Below are positions 18,638 through 31,986 of a stretch of 64,000 nucleotides of DNA, one piece after another (within the stretch, counting starts at the first letter, position 1; every line of letters begins with the position of its first letter). This DNA comes from Planctomycetota bacterium (GTDB taxonomy: Bacteria; Planctomycetota; SZUA-567; H5-PLA8), in the NCBI GenBank assembly GCA_038227875.1, contig JBBRPR010000012.1, forward strand, positions 96,001 to 160,000, in the 5' to 3' direction. A program made the translations under genes and the position numbers. The notes below the pieces were generated by a model. That model was not told the DNA's origin. It did not search any database and was given only the letters and a program-made list of their open reading frames with translations.

Positions 18638-19400
18638 TTAGTTCGGTCTGCGCATTCTGCTGAAGCGGAGTAGGTGGCGCGACGATTCGGACAATTGCTC
18701 CCAGACCGGTTCCTCCACGCAGACGGGTTCGACGTGAAAATAGCGAAACCACGGACGCGTGTACGCCAGCGCCAGCATGGCGCGAGGCTCATTGCCGCGG
18801 TTGGGCGTGCCCCGATGCCACGTACGTAATTCGCGCAAGAGAACCGAACCCTGCTTCATGGTCGCCTTGTAGGAATGCATTCCAGACGCCACCTGCTCGA
18901 TGCGCTGCGGGTTGGGAACCCACTGCGTGCCGCCCGGCCACAATTCCATCGGCGCGAGTTCCTCGGTAACTTCCTGCAACGGAATGTTGAGTGTTAATTC
19001 ATATGGCGGAGTAACAATTCCGGCCGCTTCAGGGAAAAGTTCCGCAGGTTCGTCGCGATGAATGGGTTGGTAATCGGTACCGGGAAGCGGCGTATCGGAC
19101 GCGTAGCATCCCAGTGCGCAGTCGGGCCCGAGCACCCCGCGGATGATGGGCAACACGCGCTCGTTGGCGTAGAGGAGGGGACTGTTGAACGGCGCGGTAA
19201 AAGGGATGACGATGTGATGGCGGCCCTTGCCGCGATTGTTGGCCGCGCGCTCAACCTTTTCCTTTAGTAGCGGCAAAAAGGCGTCCCGTGCCTCGCAGCA
19301 AGACGTAACCGTTGACGCGCAGTCGTTCGGCCAGCGATTCTTCGTCGTCTTTCGCGACCGGTTCCGGGATATCCGAACTCTGTCGATTGTTGCGATCCAT
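18638..19400 (-). pseudogene. Phytanoyl-CoA dioxygenase (PhyH) family Fe/2OG dioxygenase, apparently frameshifted near 19290
   Basis: AGGAG RBS + ATG at 19400 gives ...ERLRVNGYVLLRG then a stop; the catalytic part (QPIHRD, WPGG, WHRGTPN) is in another frame. Confidence 0.7.
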
Positions 19401-19478
19401 TGCGTTCTCCTGAGAGCCGCAAGGAACCTACCCCGCTGGCGGGGCATTAGAAATGCACGCGTCCCGGATTCGCGACAT

Positions 19479-20354
19479 TCACTTTTCTGCGGTGCGGTGT
19501 CTGGCGCGGAAGGCCAGGGCGGTCATTCCGGTCTTGTGTTTGAACTGCCGGTAAAAAAAGTACGGGGAGTCATACCCCAGCACGGCGGCGATCTCCTGCG
19601 CCGGCATGTCGGTGCCCGCGAGATATTCCTTCGCCTTGTTGATGCGGATTGAAATGGCGTAATCGCGCGGCGACATCCCCACTTCGGCCTTGAAGACGTG
19701 AGAGAAGTGAGAAGGGCTGAGGAAGCAACGGCGCGCCAGTTCCGTCAGTTCGGGCGGCCGGTCCAGGTTCTTCTGAATGGCATCCAGCGCTGCCTGCACA
19801 CGGCTGATTTTTCGCGGACTTTTCCTGTTACGCGCGATCCACTCCTGCATCGCCCGGCGCATCAACACGAAGAATTCGACCAGGTAGGCGCTGAGCAGCA
19901 GACCGGAATTCTCGAGCGCGCTGCGTTGTTCGTCGAGCATCCGGGTGAAGAGTTCCATGAACCGTTTGCGCTTTCCCAACTGTAACACGGGACCGGGCGC
20001 CTCCTCGAGCGGCAGTTCCACGCCTGATCGGAGCAGGCGTTCTGCTTTGAAACGGAGCGTCACGAAGGAAATGGTTTTGGAGCCGTGGCATTCCGCGTGT
20101 TCCTCGCCCGGCTTGAATAAAATCAAGTCTCCTGCTCGCGCCTCATAATCGCGGTCGCGCAGCCGCAGTCGGCGGCAGCCTTTCGTGATGTAGAGGACTT
20201 CGAAATGGGGATGCTGGTGGGGCTCAATGGCGTACGGCGCTTTTTCGTTGCTCGTCAGTTCGACCATGTTCGGTCCAAATTCCGAATAGAGAAACGAGTA
20301 CGAAACACCGCGCTCGTAATTCCAGACTGAACCCGGTTTGGGAAATACGGTCAT
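19479..20354 (-). CDS. AraC family transcriptional regulator
   Basis: Cupin (HQHPHFEVLY, GDLILFKPGEEH) plus double HTH (LSPSHFSHVFK, IAAVLGYDSPYFFYRQFK). Confidence 0.93.
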   Translation of the reverse strand: MTVFPKPGSVWNYERGVSYSFLYSEFGPNMVELTSNEKAPYAIEPHQHPHFEVLYITKGCRRLRLRDRDYEARAGDLILFKPGEEHAECHGSKTISFVTLRFKAERLLRSGVELPLEEAPGPVLQLGKRKRFMELFTRMLDEQRSALENSGLLLSAYLVEFFVLMRRAMQEWIARNRKSPRKISRVQAALDAIQKNLDRPPELTELARRCFLSPSHFSHVFKAEVGMSPRDYAISIRINKAKEYLAGTDMPAQEIAAVLGYDSPYFFYRQFKHKTGMTALAFRARHRTAEK

Positions 20355-20477
20355 GAGTCGGCTCCAGCACTTTGCTGCAGGTTATGGAAGGCCTCCCGCT
20401 TGCGAGACTCCAATTGTAACCCGCGGGCGTGGATCGCCATTCGACATTCTGTCACTTCGTCACTACTTTCTCTGGGC

Positions 20478-21731
20478 ATGAATTCGGCTCAGGAAACGTA
20501 CGCGCGATTGGGCTTGAGGGCTCCCGATGAGGCCACGGCCGGCGCATGGGATGAGACGCAACGCAGCTACCCTGGGAATACCGGCGGCGCCCCCTTTGTC
20601 TTTGCGCCGGAGTATGTCGCCCGCTGCTGCGCGGACTTGCGATTCAGCGCCGAGGTCGTCGATGCGCTGAAACTCGCAGCGGAAGAATGCCACCGGAGCG
20701 AGGATATCAACCGGCTGGGTTGGCACTGGTATCAGCGGCTGAGCATCGGGGCGAGGATTCCGCACTTTCCGGCGGTCTGGGAACTGAACGCAAACTGGGC
20801 CCGACTGTTCTTCGCGCTGGTTTTCGTCGCACGGTCACCGCGCGTTCTGGAATTTCATCGCACGCGACGGATCGTCCATGCGATCTCCATCGATACACTT
20901 TCGGATTTGGAACTTTGGGCCCGCGAACACAAACGCCTGAAAGGGCAGTGGGGCATGCACATGCCGGGCTGGCTCTCCAATCACTTTACCGGCCGCCTGT
21001 TCAAACTTGGACGTCTGCAATTTGAGTCCCACAATTCGTACAGCGATGTGGTGGCCTACCGGAATACGGCGACGCAAAAGGTCGTTCTCTTTGCCGGGTC
21101 GGGCGCTTTTCGTGCCGATGGCCAGTACGCGTCCGCCGATCGCGGGCGGGAACGCGCGGCGTTCACGGCCGAATTCTCTGATGACGGCTCACGTATTCGC
21201 GGCCATCCTGTGTCACCGCGCGGGTTCGTATTGCAGAAGCCGGTAGAGTTGAACTCCGCGGAGTGGACGCGGATTTTCGGACCGGGCGATCCGGTGCTCG
21301 GCATTCACATCGCAGCGACAGGACCCATGGACCACGCGGAATGCGGAAGTTCAATGTTCCGAGCGGCGCCATTTTACGCCGCTCATTTTCCCGACCGCCC
21401 GTTTAAGGCATTCGCCTGCGGATCGTGGTTGCTGGACCCGCAATTTGAAAAGTACCTGCCACGCGAATCCAACATCGTGCGGTTTCTTTCGGAATTTTAT
21501 CTCCATCCCGCGCCGCACGCGCATGACGAGCAGACCTACGATCGCGTATTCGACAATGCGCACATCGACGTCAACGTCGCGCCGCAGCGCTCCGCCCTGC
21601 AGAAAGCAATTGTGGAACACGTCAACTCAGGCGGACGCTGGCGAGCGGGATCGGCGCTGTATTTTCCAGACGATTTGAACTGGGGAACGCAGGTTTATCG
21701 CGCGATGTGGCCGAAGGGGCTAAATTTATAG
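20478..21731 (+). CDS. GNAT-like acyltransferase-domain protein (DUF5596-type)
   Basis: WLSNHFTGRLFKLGRLQFE, IHIAATGPM, CGSWLLDP..LPRESNIVRF; start uncertain. Confidence 0.7.
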   Translation: MNSAQETYARLGLRAPDEATAGAWDETQRSYPGNTGGAPFVFAPEYVARCCADLRFSAEVVDALKLAAEECHRSEDINRLGWHWYQRLSIGARIPHFPAVWELNANWARLFFALVFVARSPRVLEFHRTRRIVHAISIDTLSDLELWAREHKRLKGQWGMHMPGWLSNHFTGRLFKLGRLQFESHNSYSDVVAYRNTATQKVVLFAGSGAFRADGQYASADRGRERAAFTAEFSDDGSRIRGHPVSPRGFVLQKPVELNSAEWTRIFGPGDPVLGIHIAATGPMDHAECGSSMFRAAPFYAAHFPDRPFKAFACGSWLLDPQFEKYLPRESNIVRFLSEFYLHPAPHAHDEQTYDRVFDNAHIDVNVAPQRSALQKAIVEHVNSGGRWRAGSALYFPDDLNWGTQVYRAMWPKGLNL

Positions 21732-21944
21732 CAGATTTTCGTAGAGAAATTCGAAAGTCAATTGTCGGGGAAACTTTATCCATTAATTTCAGGAGGATCG
21801 AAGGCGGGCGGCCACGCGAAAAAACGGCCACCATTCCTTTCAATCCGCTCACAAGCGTGTAATCTCCTCCGCGGAAAAAAATACGCGGAGCTCCGGTGAC
21901 ACCACGTCCTCGGAGTGCCAACACAGGGAGTTAGAACACCTTAA

Positions 21945-25187
<3,243 letters not shown>

Positions 25188-25230
25188 CGCGCCACTCACG
25201 CAGCTGTTAAGAGAAGCAGGAGATTTGTCG

Positions 25231-26532
25231 ATGCGCATTACTGTTGTGGGTACCGGTTATGTAGGTCTGGTCGCCGGGACGTGTTTTGCCGAATTCGGCA
25301 ACCAGGTCTGCGGTCTGGACATCGACGCGGCCAAGGTTGAGCGTTTGTCGCGCGGCGAGATGACGATTTTTGAACCCGGTCTCGCTGACCTGTTTCACCG
25401 CGGACTGCGCGAAGGCCGCCTGAACTTCACCACCAATTACGATGACGCCGTGGCCAGCGCGGAAGTGATTTTCCTCTGCCTGCCCACGCCGCCGTCTGAA
25501 GACGGCTCGGCCGACACGCGGTATGTGCTCAGTGCCGTCCGCGAAATCGCCAAGCGTTTGAAGAAGTACACCGTGCTGGTCTCCAAGAGCACCGTGCCGA
25601 TCGGCACGTACAAGGAGATCATCGCGGAAGTAAAGCTGCACTACGCCGGCGATTTTGGCGTCGCGTCAAATCCGGAGTTCCTGAAGGAAGGCGCCGCCGT
25701 CGAAGATTTCATGAAGCCCGACCGCGTGGTGCTGGGCGTCACCGACGACCACTCGTTCAAGTTACTCGCATCGCTGTACGAACCGTTCGTCCGCACCGGC
25801 GCGCCGATCATGCGCATGGATCCGGCGTCGGCGGAACTGACCAAGTACGCCGCCAATGGATTCCTGGCGACCAAGATTTCATTCATGAATGAAATCGCCC
25901 GACTGTGCGAAAAGTGCGGTGCCGACGTGGATCTCGTGCGCACCGGCATGAGCAAGGATGCACGCATCGGCAGCGCGTTCCTCTTTCCCGGCATCGGCTA
26001 CGGCGGCTCGTGTTTCCCCAAGGACACACGCGCTCTGGTTCAATCCGCGCGCAAGCTGCAGTTGAACATGAACATCGTCGAATCCGCTGAGCTGGTCAAT
26101 GAGACGCAGAAGCTGATCCTGCTGCCGAAAATTCTCTCGCACTTCGGCGGCTCGATTGCCGGCAAGACCATCGCGATCTGGGGCCTGGCGTTCAAGCCGC
26201 GCACCGACGATATCCGCGATGCCCCGGCGCTGGCGCTGATCGATAAGCTGCTGCAGAACAAGGCCAAGGTCCGCGCCTTCGATCCGGAAGCGATGAACAA
26301 CGTCCGCAAGGTTGTCGGCACCAAGATCGAGTACGGCCAGAACGCCTACGACACGCTGACCGGCGCCGACGCGCTGGTGGTCGCGACCGAGTGGAACGAA
26401 TTCCGCTCGCCTTCGTGGGACCGCATCAAGTCCGCGCTGAGCACGCCGGTGGTCTTCGACGGCCGCAACATCTATCGACCCGAACAGGTCCGGGAGCTGG
26501 GCTTCACGTACTACTGCATTGGCAAGCCGTAG
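25231..26532 (+). CDS. ugd: UDP-glucose 6-dehydrogenase
   Basis: VVGTGYVGL, KSTVP, SNPEFLKEG, GYGGSCFPKD, GLAFKP, FDGRN. Confidence 0.93.
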   Translation: MRITVVGTGYVGLVAGTCFAEFGNQVCGLDIDAAKVERLSRGEMTIFEPGLADLFHRGLREGRLNFTTNYDDAVASAEVIFLCLPTPPSEDGSADTRYVLSAVREIAKRLKKYTVLVSKSTVPIGTYKEIIAEVKLHYAGDFGVASNPEFLKEGAAVEDFMKPDRVVLGVTDDHSFKLLASLYEPFVRTGAPIMRMDPASAELTKYAANGFLATKISFMNEIARLCEKCGADVDLVRTGMSKDARIGSAFLFPGIGYGGSCFPKDTRALVQSARKLQLNMNIVESAELVNETQKLILLPKILSHFGGSIAGKTIAIWGLAFKPRTDDIRDAPALALIDKLLQNKAKVRAFDPEAMNNVRKVVGTKIEYGQNAYDTLTGADALVVATEWNEFRSPSWDRIKSALSTPVVFDGRNIYRPEQVRELGFTYYCIGKP

Positions 26533-26540
26533 CTGCCCAT

Positions 26541-28973
26541 TCAACGCACGCGAGCCGCGGCCATCCGGTGCAGAACCGCTGCGAACAGGTAGATCATCGC
26601 TCCTGCGAAGATCGTCATGCGGATGCCCAATTCGATTGAGCAGAGCATGGCGAGCACCGAGCCAATGACGGACGTGGCTCCGTTGATCGACCAGAACCAG
26701 GCCGTGCGCGAATCCTGAACGCGTCCGGCCACATCCATGCCCATGGGAAAAGCGAATCCCATCAGCAGTGCCGGCGGACAAATGAGGACCAGCGTGAGCA
26801 GCACGCGCGTGGACGTCTGCGCGCTGATGTGATCATGCATCACTGCGGCGCCGATGTACTCCGCCAGCACAATTACACCCGCAGCAGCGAGCAGAATTGC
26901 GAAATGGCTCTGCGCCCCCAGCGATTTCAGCACTTGATTGGAGCTGAAGCTGCCCACACCCGTGGCCATTAACAAGCCAAACAGGACGATCGTGAAACCA
27001 TAAATGGGATGTCCAAGGAACAGGCTCAGACGCTGGATGAGCCCGATCTCCACAAACATGAACGCGATGCCGATGGCGCCAAAATAAAGAGGGATCGCGG
27101 CCGGACCCGTAGTGGCGCCGCTTTTTCCGCGCAGTCGCAGAAAAACCACGGGGAAGATGATCAGCAGTACTCCCAGCACAATCACGGTAACCGTGAGCGT
27201 CGCCAGGATGCGCACGGCCGGCAAATTGATCGCGGAATCGCCTTCTTCGGGAGCCGCGCCTCCCGCGATTACATCTTTAAGCCTGGAATGAAAAAAGAAG
27301 TACGGGCGGTCGTCGTACGTGGCTGTCACATCGAGCGGAAAGGCGCGCCGGAGTTCGTCGCTGTCCGTGGCCGCGATGAGCACTTTGAATTTATCGTCCA
27401 GCATCACGCCGGGAGCCAGCGCCAGATCGCAGCGGACATCGGCAGAGGCTTTCTTTGCGCGCTCGATATCCTCCGGTGAAAAGGGATCGGGAGAGATCAA
27501 CAGCGTTGCCATCTTCTCGACTTCGATGCTCTGTCCCACCGCGTGCTGCCGTCCGCGGAAGAGCAGAATGTGTTTGGCGGGATCGGTCACGCCTGCCTGT
27601 CGCAACGCGGCGGCGCTCAGTGCCACAAGCCGGTAAATCTCGACGGGCCAGGTGGTGGCGCCGTAATAGAATCGCGAAAACGAGAGCACTCCGCGCGGCT
27701 TGAGGCGCTGCATGAACAGTGTCCACGCCTCCACCGTATACAACCCATTTTCGGTGAATGCGTACGCGCCGGCGGAAGTCGCGGCAGCTGTATCGACGAA
27801 AGACGCTTGGATAATGTCAAAGCGCCGGTCGATCCGCGTCAGCGCGCTGCGGCCGTCGTCGACCATGAACGTCACATCGTTCCGACGGTCAAGATGTCCC
27901 GAGAAGTCGCCGAAGACCACGTTGTCCGCGTGCAGAATATCCGGATTCACGTCGATGCCGGTGACGCTGGCCTGCTTGAATGCCAGCGCTGCGAGCACGT
28001 CGCGGCCGCCTCCCGGGCCGATAATGCAGACGTCGGCGTTCTCGCGCATGCGATGCGCCACGGCGCTGAGTTCATGCTTCAAATACGACACCTTTTCCAG
28101 ATTGCCGTTGAACTCGGTAATGGGCGTGGCGGCGCCAGCGTCGATCTGCAGCCAGAGCTGATTGATCTCGGGCAGCTCGGCTTCAAATGATGAGTCAATG
28201 CCGTAGTTAAACGGTTTGCGGCTCCAGTATGGCGTCACGATGATGCGCGAGAAGGCGTTCCAGCTTTCATAGAGAGGAACGGGCGCTGGCCCATCGTGTC
28301 TGTACCGCACCCGCAGCCATTGCTGCGAAACATTGAGTTGTCCGACTGCAATCAAACCGACCGCAAACGTGACCAGCGCACCAGCGCGAAATTTGTCGCT
28401 CCGGCTGAAGACGATGGCTCCCGCGAGGGCGGACGCGGACGCCGCAGCCAGCACCGCACCCGGCCCGTTGAATGCAATGATCAGCAGCGGCATCAGGGCG
28501 CAACTCACCGCGGATCCGGCCAGATCGGCGGCGTACAGCGTGCCGGTGTCTTTAAAGCGCGTCAGCGCCAGGCAGATGAATGCGCCGCCTGGAACGAAGG
28601 GCAGCGCCGAGAGCACGTACGTCAGCGCTAGATATGTAGAAGGCACCGCGCCGTTGGCGTCGGGATTCAACGGGACGATCAATTGAATGAAAATGGCCGC
28701 AGCTGTCACCAAAGAAGTCAGGCCAGCGAGCACGCCCAGCCGGCTGTTCAACGTGTTCTCCGGCGGGGGAAACAGAAAAACCAGGACCGCGCCGAACGTG
28801 AGTCCGAACATCGAGACCGAGACGGCCATGAACGCGAAGTGGTAATACAGAATCGTGCTGAAAATGCGCGTCAGCAGGACTTCCCACAGCACCAGATTCG
28901 CCGAGACGAGAAAGATGGCCATACGCAGCTTCCAGCGCTGCTCTTTCAGTTCCTCGTTGGCCATATCAGTCAT
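26541..28973 (-). CDS. Membrane protein with central spermidine-synthase-like SAM-binding domain
   Basis: TM bundles flanking IIGPGGGRDV, DVNP, DDGRS, FDIIQAS, ENGLYTVEA; start re-assigned to MTDM. Confidence 0.8.
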   Translation of the reverse strand: MTDMANEELKEQRWKLRMAIFLVSANLVLWEVLLTRIFSTILYYHFAFMAVSVSMFGLTFGAVLVFLFPPPENTLNSRLGVLAGLTSLVTAAAIFIQLIVPLNPDANGAVPSTYLALTYVLSALPFVPGGAFICLALTRFKDTGTLYAADLAGSAVSCALMPLLIIAFNGPGAVLAAASASALAGAIVFSRSDKFRAGALVTFAVGLIAVGQLNVSQQWLRVRYRHDGPAPVPLYESWNAFSRIIVTPYWSRKPFNYGIDSSFEAELPEINQLWLQIDAGAATPITEFNGNLEKVSYLKHELSAVAHRMRENADVCIIGPGGGRDVLAALAFKQASVTGIDVNPDILHADNVVFGDFSGHLDRRNDVTFMVDDGRSALTRIDRRFDIIQASFVDTAAATSAGAYAFTENGLYTVEAWTLFMQRLKPRGVLSFSRFYYGATTWPVEIYRLVALSAAALRQAGVTDPAKHILLFRGRQHAVGQSIEVEKMATLLISPDPFSPEDIERAKKASADVRCDLALAPGVMLDDKFKVLIAATDSDELRRAFPLDVTATYDDRPYFFFHSRLKDVIAGGAAPEEGDSAINLPAVRILATLTVTVIVLGVLLIIFPVVFLRLRGKSGATTGPAAIPLYFGAIGIAFMFVEIGLIQRLSLFLGHPIYGFTIVLFGLLMATGVGSFSSNQVLKSLGAQSHFAILLAAAGVIVLAEYIGAAVMHDHISAQTSTRVLLTLVLICPPALLMGFAFPMGMDVAGRVQDSRTAWFWSINGATSVIGSVLAMLCSIELGIRMTIFAGAMIYLFAAVLHRMAAARVR

Positions 28974-29114
28974 CGATGTCTGCCTTTGCGGTCTTAACGC
29001 TACAATCTCACGATGTGGAGGCTGAAACTTACGGCAGACGCGCCGATTTTGACATGTAAGAAATAGCGGCGCCTTCCTTGACCTGCCAACACCCATGATG
29101 GTAATACGTGCGCT

Positions 29115-30914
29115 GTGCATCGCCTAAAGACCTCACCGCTGTATATTCGGCTTCTAGTCTGGATCGCTTGCGCGACTGCGTGTATCTCGTATTGGGCGGT
29201 GCCCTTCAAACTCGCGTGCGGTCACGGCGGCTCGTATTACGCGATCGGTTTTCACCCCGATGAATTCGACGATGCGCAGCGCCTGCAGCCGCTGATCGAC
29301 GACTCGACGCCGTTCAACACCATTAATGGCATTCAAGACCCAACCTTAAAGTCGCCCTACTATTTCGAAGATGTCGTGCGGCCGGTGCTCGGCGCGCTGC
29401 ATTTCGACATCTTCCTTTTCTTCTGGCTCTGGCGAATTTTCTTTCCGGTCGTTTTGCTGCTGCTGTTGATCCTGATTGGACGGGAATGCTTCGCTCAACG
29501 CCATGGTTGGCTGCTCCCCGCCGCTGCCGCCGCTGCCGCGTTACCGCTGCTGGCGTGCGCGCACGATCTGGTCCGCGCCATCCCGGCGTACGCGAAATTG
29601 TATGCACCGCTGCAAGGCTGGCTCCACCGCGTGCCGGCGAACATCGAATACATCCTGTCTGCGCTGATCGTACTGCTGGCGCTGCGCCTGCTTAAACGCC
29701 CGGGCGCCGGACGCGGCATTGCGTTGAGCTCCGTTCTCGCGCTTTCCGTCTACGTGCGCATCTTTGTCGCCGTGGCGTGGGCACCAGTGATCGCGTGCGT
29801 TGTGCTGTGGCTCGTGGCGGGACGGCGGCAGCGATTCTCCGCCGGCGCGGCGATGTTCGCCGTCTTCGCGCTGCTGGTCACGCCCTGGGTGCTTGACGTG
29901 CAGGCCAATCGCGCATCGCCGGTGTTCACAGAATTCGTGGCGCGCTGCTTCGTGGATCTGCCGTACCAGATCATGCCAATGATGGGACTGTACGTTGGCG
30001 CGGCTGTACTCCTTTTCGTTCTGGGTTTGTTCGTCGCGGATCGCTTTCGACCACTGATTACGATGGGCGCGCTCGTCCTGCTGGCGTTGCCATTTGTCGG
30101 CGGGCTGCTGCCATACTCCAGCGAAGTGCTGAAATCCGATCGTTTCGGCCAGTTTTATTGGATCGCCCTGGCCGCAGCGGCAATCGTGAGCGTTGGTGCG
30201 TACGCCGTGAACACGCGCTGCGAAGTCAAAGTGCTCGCGTGGCCGCTTTGCGCGCTGGCCATCATCGCGTCGACGGCGCTGACGCTTCACAATTACCATT
30301 ACGATTTCATGCTTGAAGTGGAGAGCCCGTACCGCAACGTGGCGACCGATCAGAATTACCTCACCGCGTACCACTGGATCCGCGATCACGTCAGTGACGA
30401 TGCGCTGTTTCTGGTCGATGACGGTTACGATTGGGCGCTGGCTTTCGACGGCTCAACGGAGCTCGACGAAACCGCGCCGGACAACACGCAGATGCTGACC
30501 AAGGCCGATCTGTTCCAGTTGGTTGCGCGCCGCAAGCGCGTCTACAACGAGCACGTGAAGTACAGCGGACTGTCATACGATCAGTACATGAAGCTGATGA
30601 TCGCCCACCGCGGCACTCTGGGATTTCCATTCAAGATCGGTCTCTACGACAGCACGCTGATGAACGTCTGGCCCACGCACATTCTCTGGCGCAAACTGCC
30701 GCTCAACCCCATCTCCGCGGCTGAAGTTCCGCGCGGCTTCGGTGTGCAGTTGAAGAAATTCCGGCATGTCGTGTACCAGGATGAATTTTGCGAAGTCTGG
30801 GAATTGAATTTCGCGATGACGCGCCCGATTTACCGCGGCCCCACGCACCCGCTGCCCGACGTGGGCAAACCGGTGACCCGTGCGCCGTTCGATCCGTTCT
30901 ATATGCAGCGGTAA
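29115..30914 (+). CDS. Multi-pass membrane protein (GT-C glycosyltransferase-like topology, unconfirmed)
   Basis: About 11 hydrophobic segments, early acidic loop (HPDEFDD), soluble C-terminal domain (YHWIRDHV). Confidence 0.6.
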   Translation: MHRLKTSPLYIRLLVWIACATACISYWAVPFKLACGHGGSYYAIGFHPDEFDDAQRLQPLIDDSTPFNTINGIQDPTLKSPYYFEDVVRPVLGALHFDIFLFFWLWRIFFPVVLLLLLILIGRECFAQRHGWLLPAAAAAAALPLLACAHDLVRAIPAYAKLYAPLQGWLHRVPANIEYILSALIVLLALRLLKRPGAGRGIALSSVLALSVYVRIFVAVAWAPVIACVVLWLVAGRRQRFSAGAAMFAVFALLVTPWVLDVQANRASPVFTEFVARCFVDLPYQIMPMMGLYVGAAVLLFVLGLFVADRFRPLITMGALVLLALPFVGGLLPYSSEVLKSDRFGQFYWIALAAAAIVSVGAYAVNTRCEVKVLAWPLCALAIIASTALTLHNYHYDFMLEVESPYRNVATDQNYLTAYHWIRDHVSDDALFLVDDGYDWALAFDGSTELDETAPDNTQMLTKADLFQLVARRKRVYNEHVKYSGLSYDQYMKLMIAHRGTLGFPFKIGLYDSTLMNVWPTHILWRKLPLNPISAAEVPRGFGVQLKKFRHVVYQDEFCEVWELNFAMTRPIYRGPTHPLPDVGKPVTRAPFDPFYMQR

Positions 30915-30990
30915 GGTGTTGTCGTGCTTTGACTTTCCCAGCCGTTGGAACTACAAGCGAGTCACGTTCATCCGGTCTGCGAGGCGGCTT

Positions 30991-31986
30991 ATGCGGTTGC
31001 TGCGACTCTTCCTTTTAGTGCTTCCCTTTACGCTCGCGTTTGATGCCGCATGCGCGGCCGACGCTCCGGGCCCGACGCCGCCCAAGGAAATTCCCAAAGA
31101 CGAACCGATCGATCCGGACGTGCTCCATAAAGTTCATAAGCTGATCCGCGGCACGCTCTCCTCCGATGACAAGGAACGCGAGAAGGCGTGGAACGACATC
31201 CGCGACATGGGCAACCTCGCAGTGCCGGGACTGATCGGCGTCTACCGCCAGAAAACCACGACGCCGGAAGAAGTGCGCTCGATCCTGCTGGCGCTGGGCG
31301 ATTCGAAAGATCCGCGCGCCGGTCCGGCTCTGGCCGAGCTGCTGACGTCGACGGACAAAAGCGTCCGCCGCGACGCCGCGCGCGCGATGGGCGACAGCGG
31401 TTACAAGGGCGGTATTCCGGCGCTGGAAAAAGTGGCAAAGGATGTGAAGGAAGACGAAGATGTGCGCCTCTTCGCAGCCTCGGCGGCGGCGAAGCTGGGG
31501 AGCACGGACGCGCTGAAGGTGTTGTCCGATCTGGCCAAGTCGACGCGTCCGGAAATCCGCTCGCGCGCGATTTTTGCCATCGGGAAAAATGGCGGGGTCG
31601 CGCACGTCGCGGAAATCGAGAAGGCGCTGGAAGACACTGACGCCAGCGTGCGCGAAGATGCCGTCGAAGCCTTGCGGCTGCTGGGCAAGGAGCCGGTCTG
31701 GCCCGGCTTGATCAAGGCGACGTCGGACACCGACTACAAAATCCGCGGCGCCGCGATGGATGCGCTGCGGCAATTGACCAGGCAGAAATTCGACAACGAT
31801 CCAAAGAAGTGGCAGGAGTGGTTCAAAAACGGCGCCAAGCCGCCGGAAACTCCGAAAGCCGACGACGAAAAAAGTGATGACACAGTGAAACCACTGAAAG
31901 AAAAAGCCAAGTCGCGCGACAAGACGGATGAGCCCAAAAGCGACGATGGCATGGACAGCACTGAAAAAGATGGCAAGGACGACTAA
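30991..31986 (+). CDS. Secreted HEAT-repeat protein
   Basis: Signal peptide; repeats VRRDAARAMG, IRSRAIFAIG, VREDAVEAL; ends KWQEWF plus charged tail. Confidence 0.85.
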   Translation: MRLLRLFLLVLPFTLAFDAACAADAPGPTPPKEIPKDEPIDPDVLHKVHKLIRGTLSSDDKEREKAWNDIRDMGNLAVPGLIGVYRQKTTTPEEVRSILLALGDSKDPRAGPALAELLTSTDKSVRRDAARAMGDSGYKGGIPALEKVAKDVKEDEDVRLFAASAAAKLGSTDALKVLSDLAKSTRPEIRSRAIFAIGKNGGVAHVAEIEKALEDTDASVREDAVEALRLLGKEPVWPGLIKATSDTDYKIRGAAMDALRQLTRQKFDNDPKKWQEWFKNGAKPPETPKADDEKSDDTVKPLKEKAKSRDKTDEPKSDDGMDSTEKDGKDD

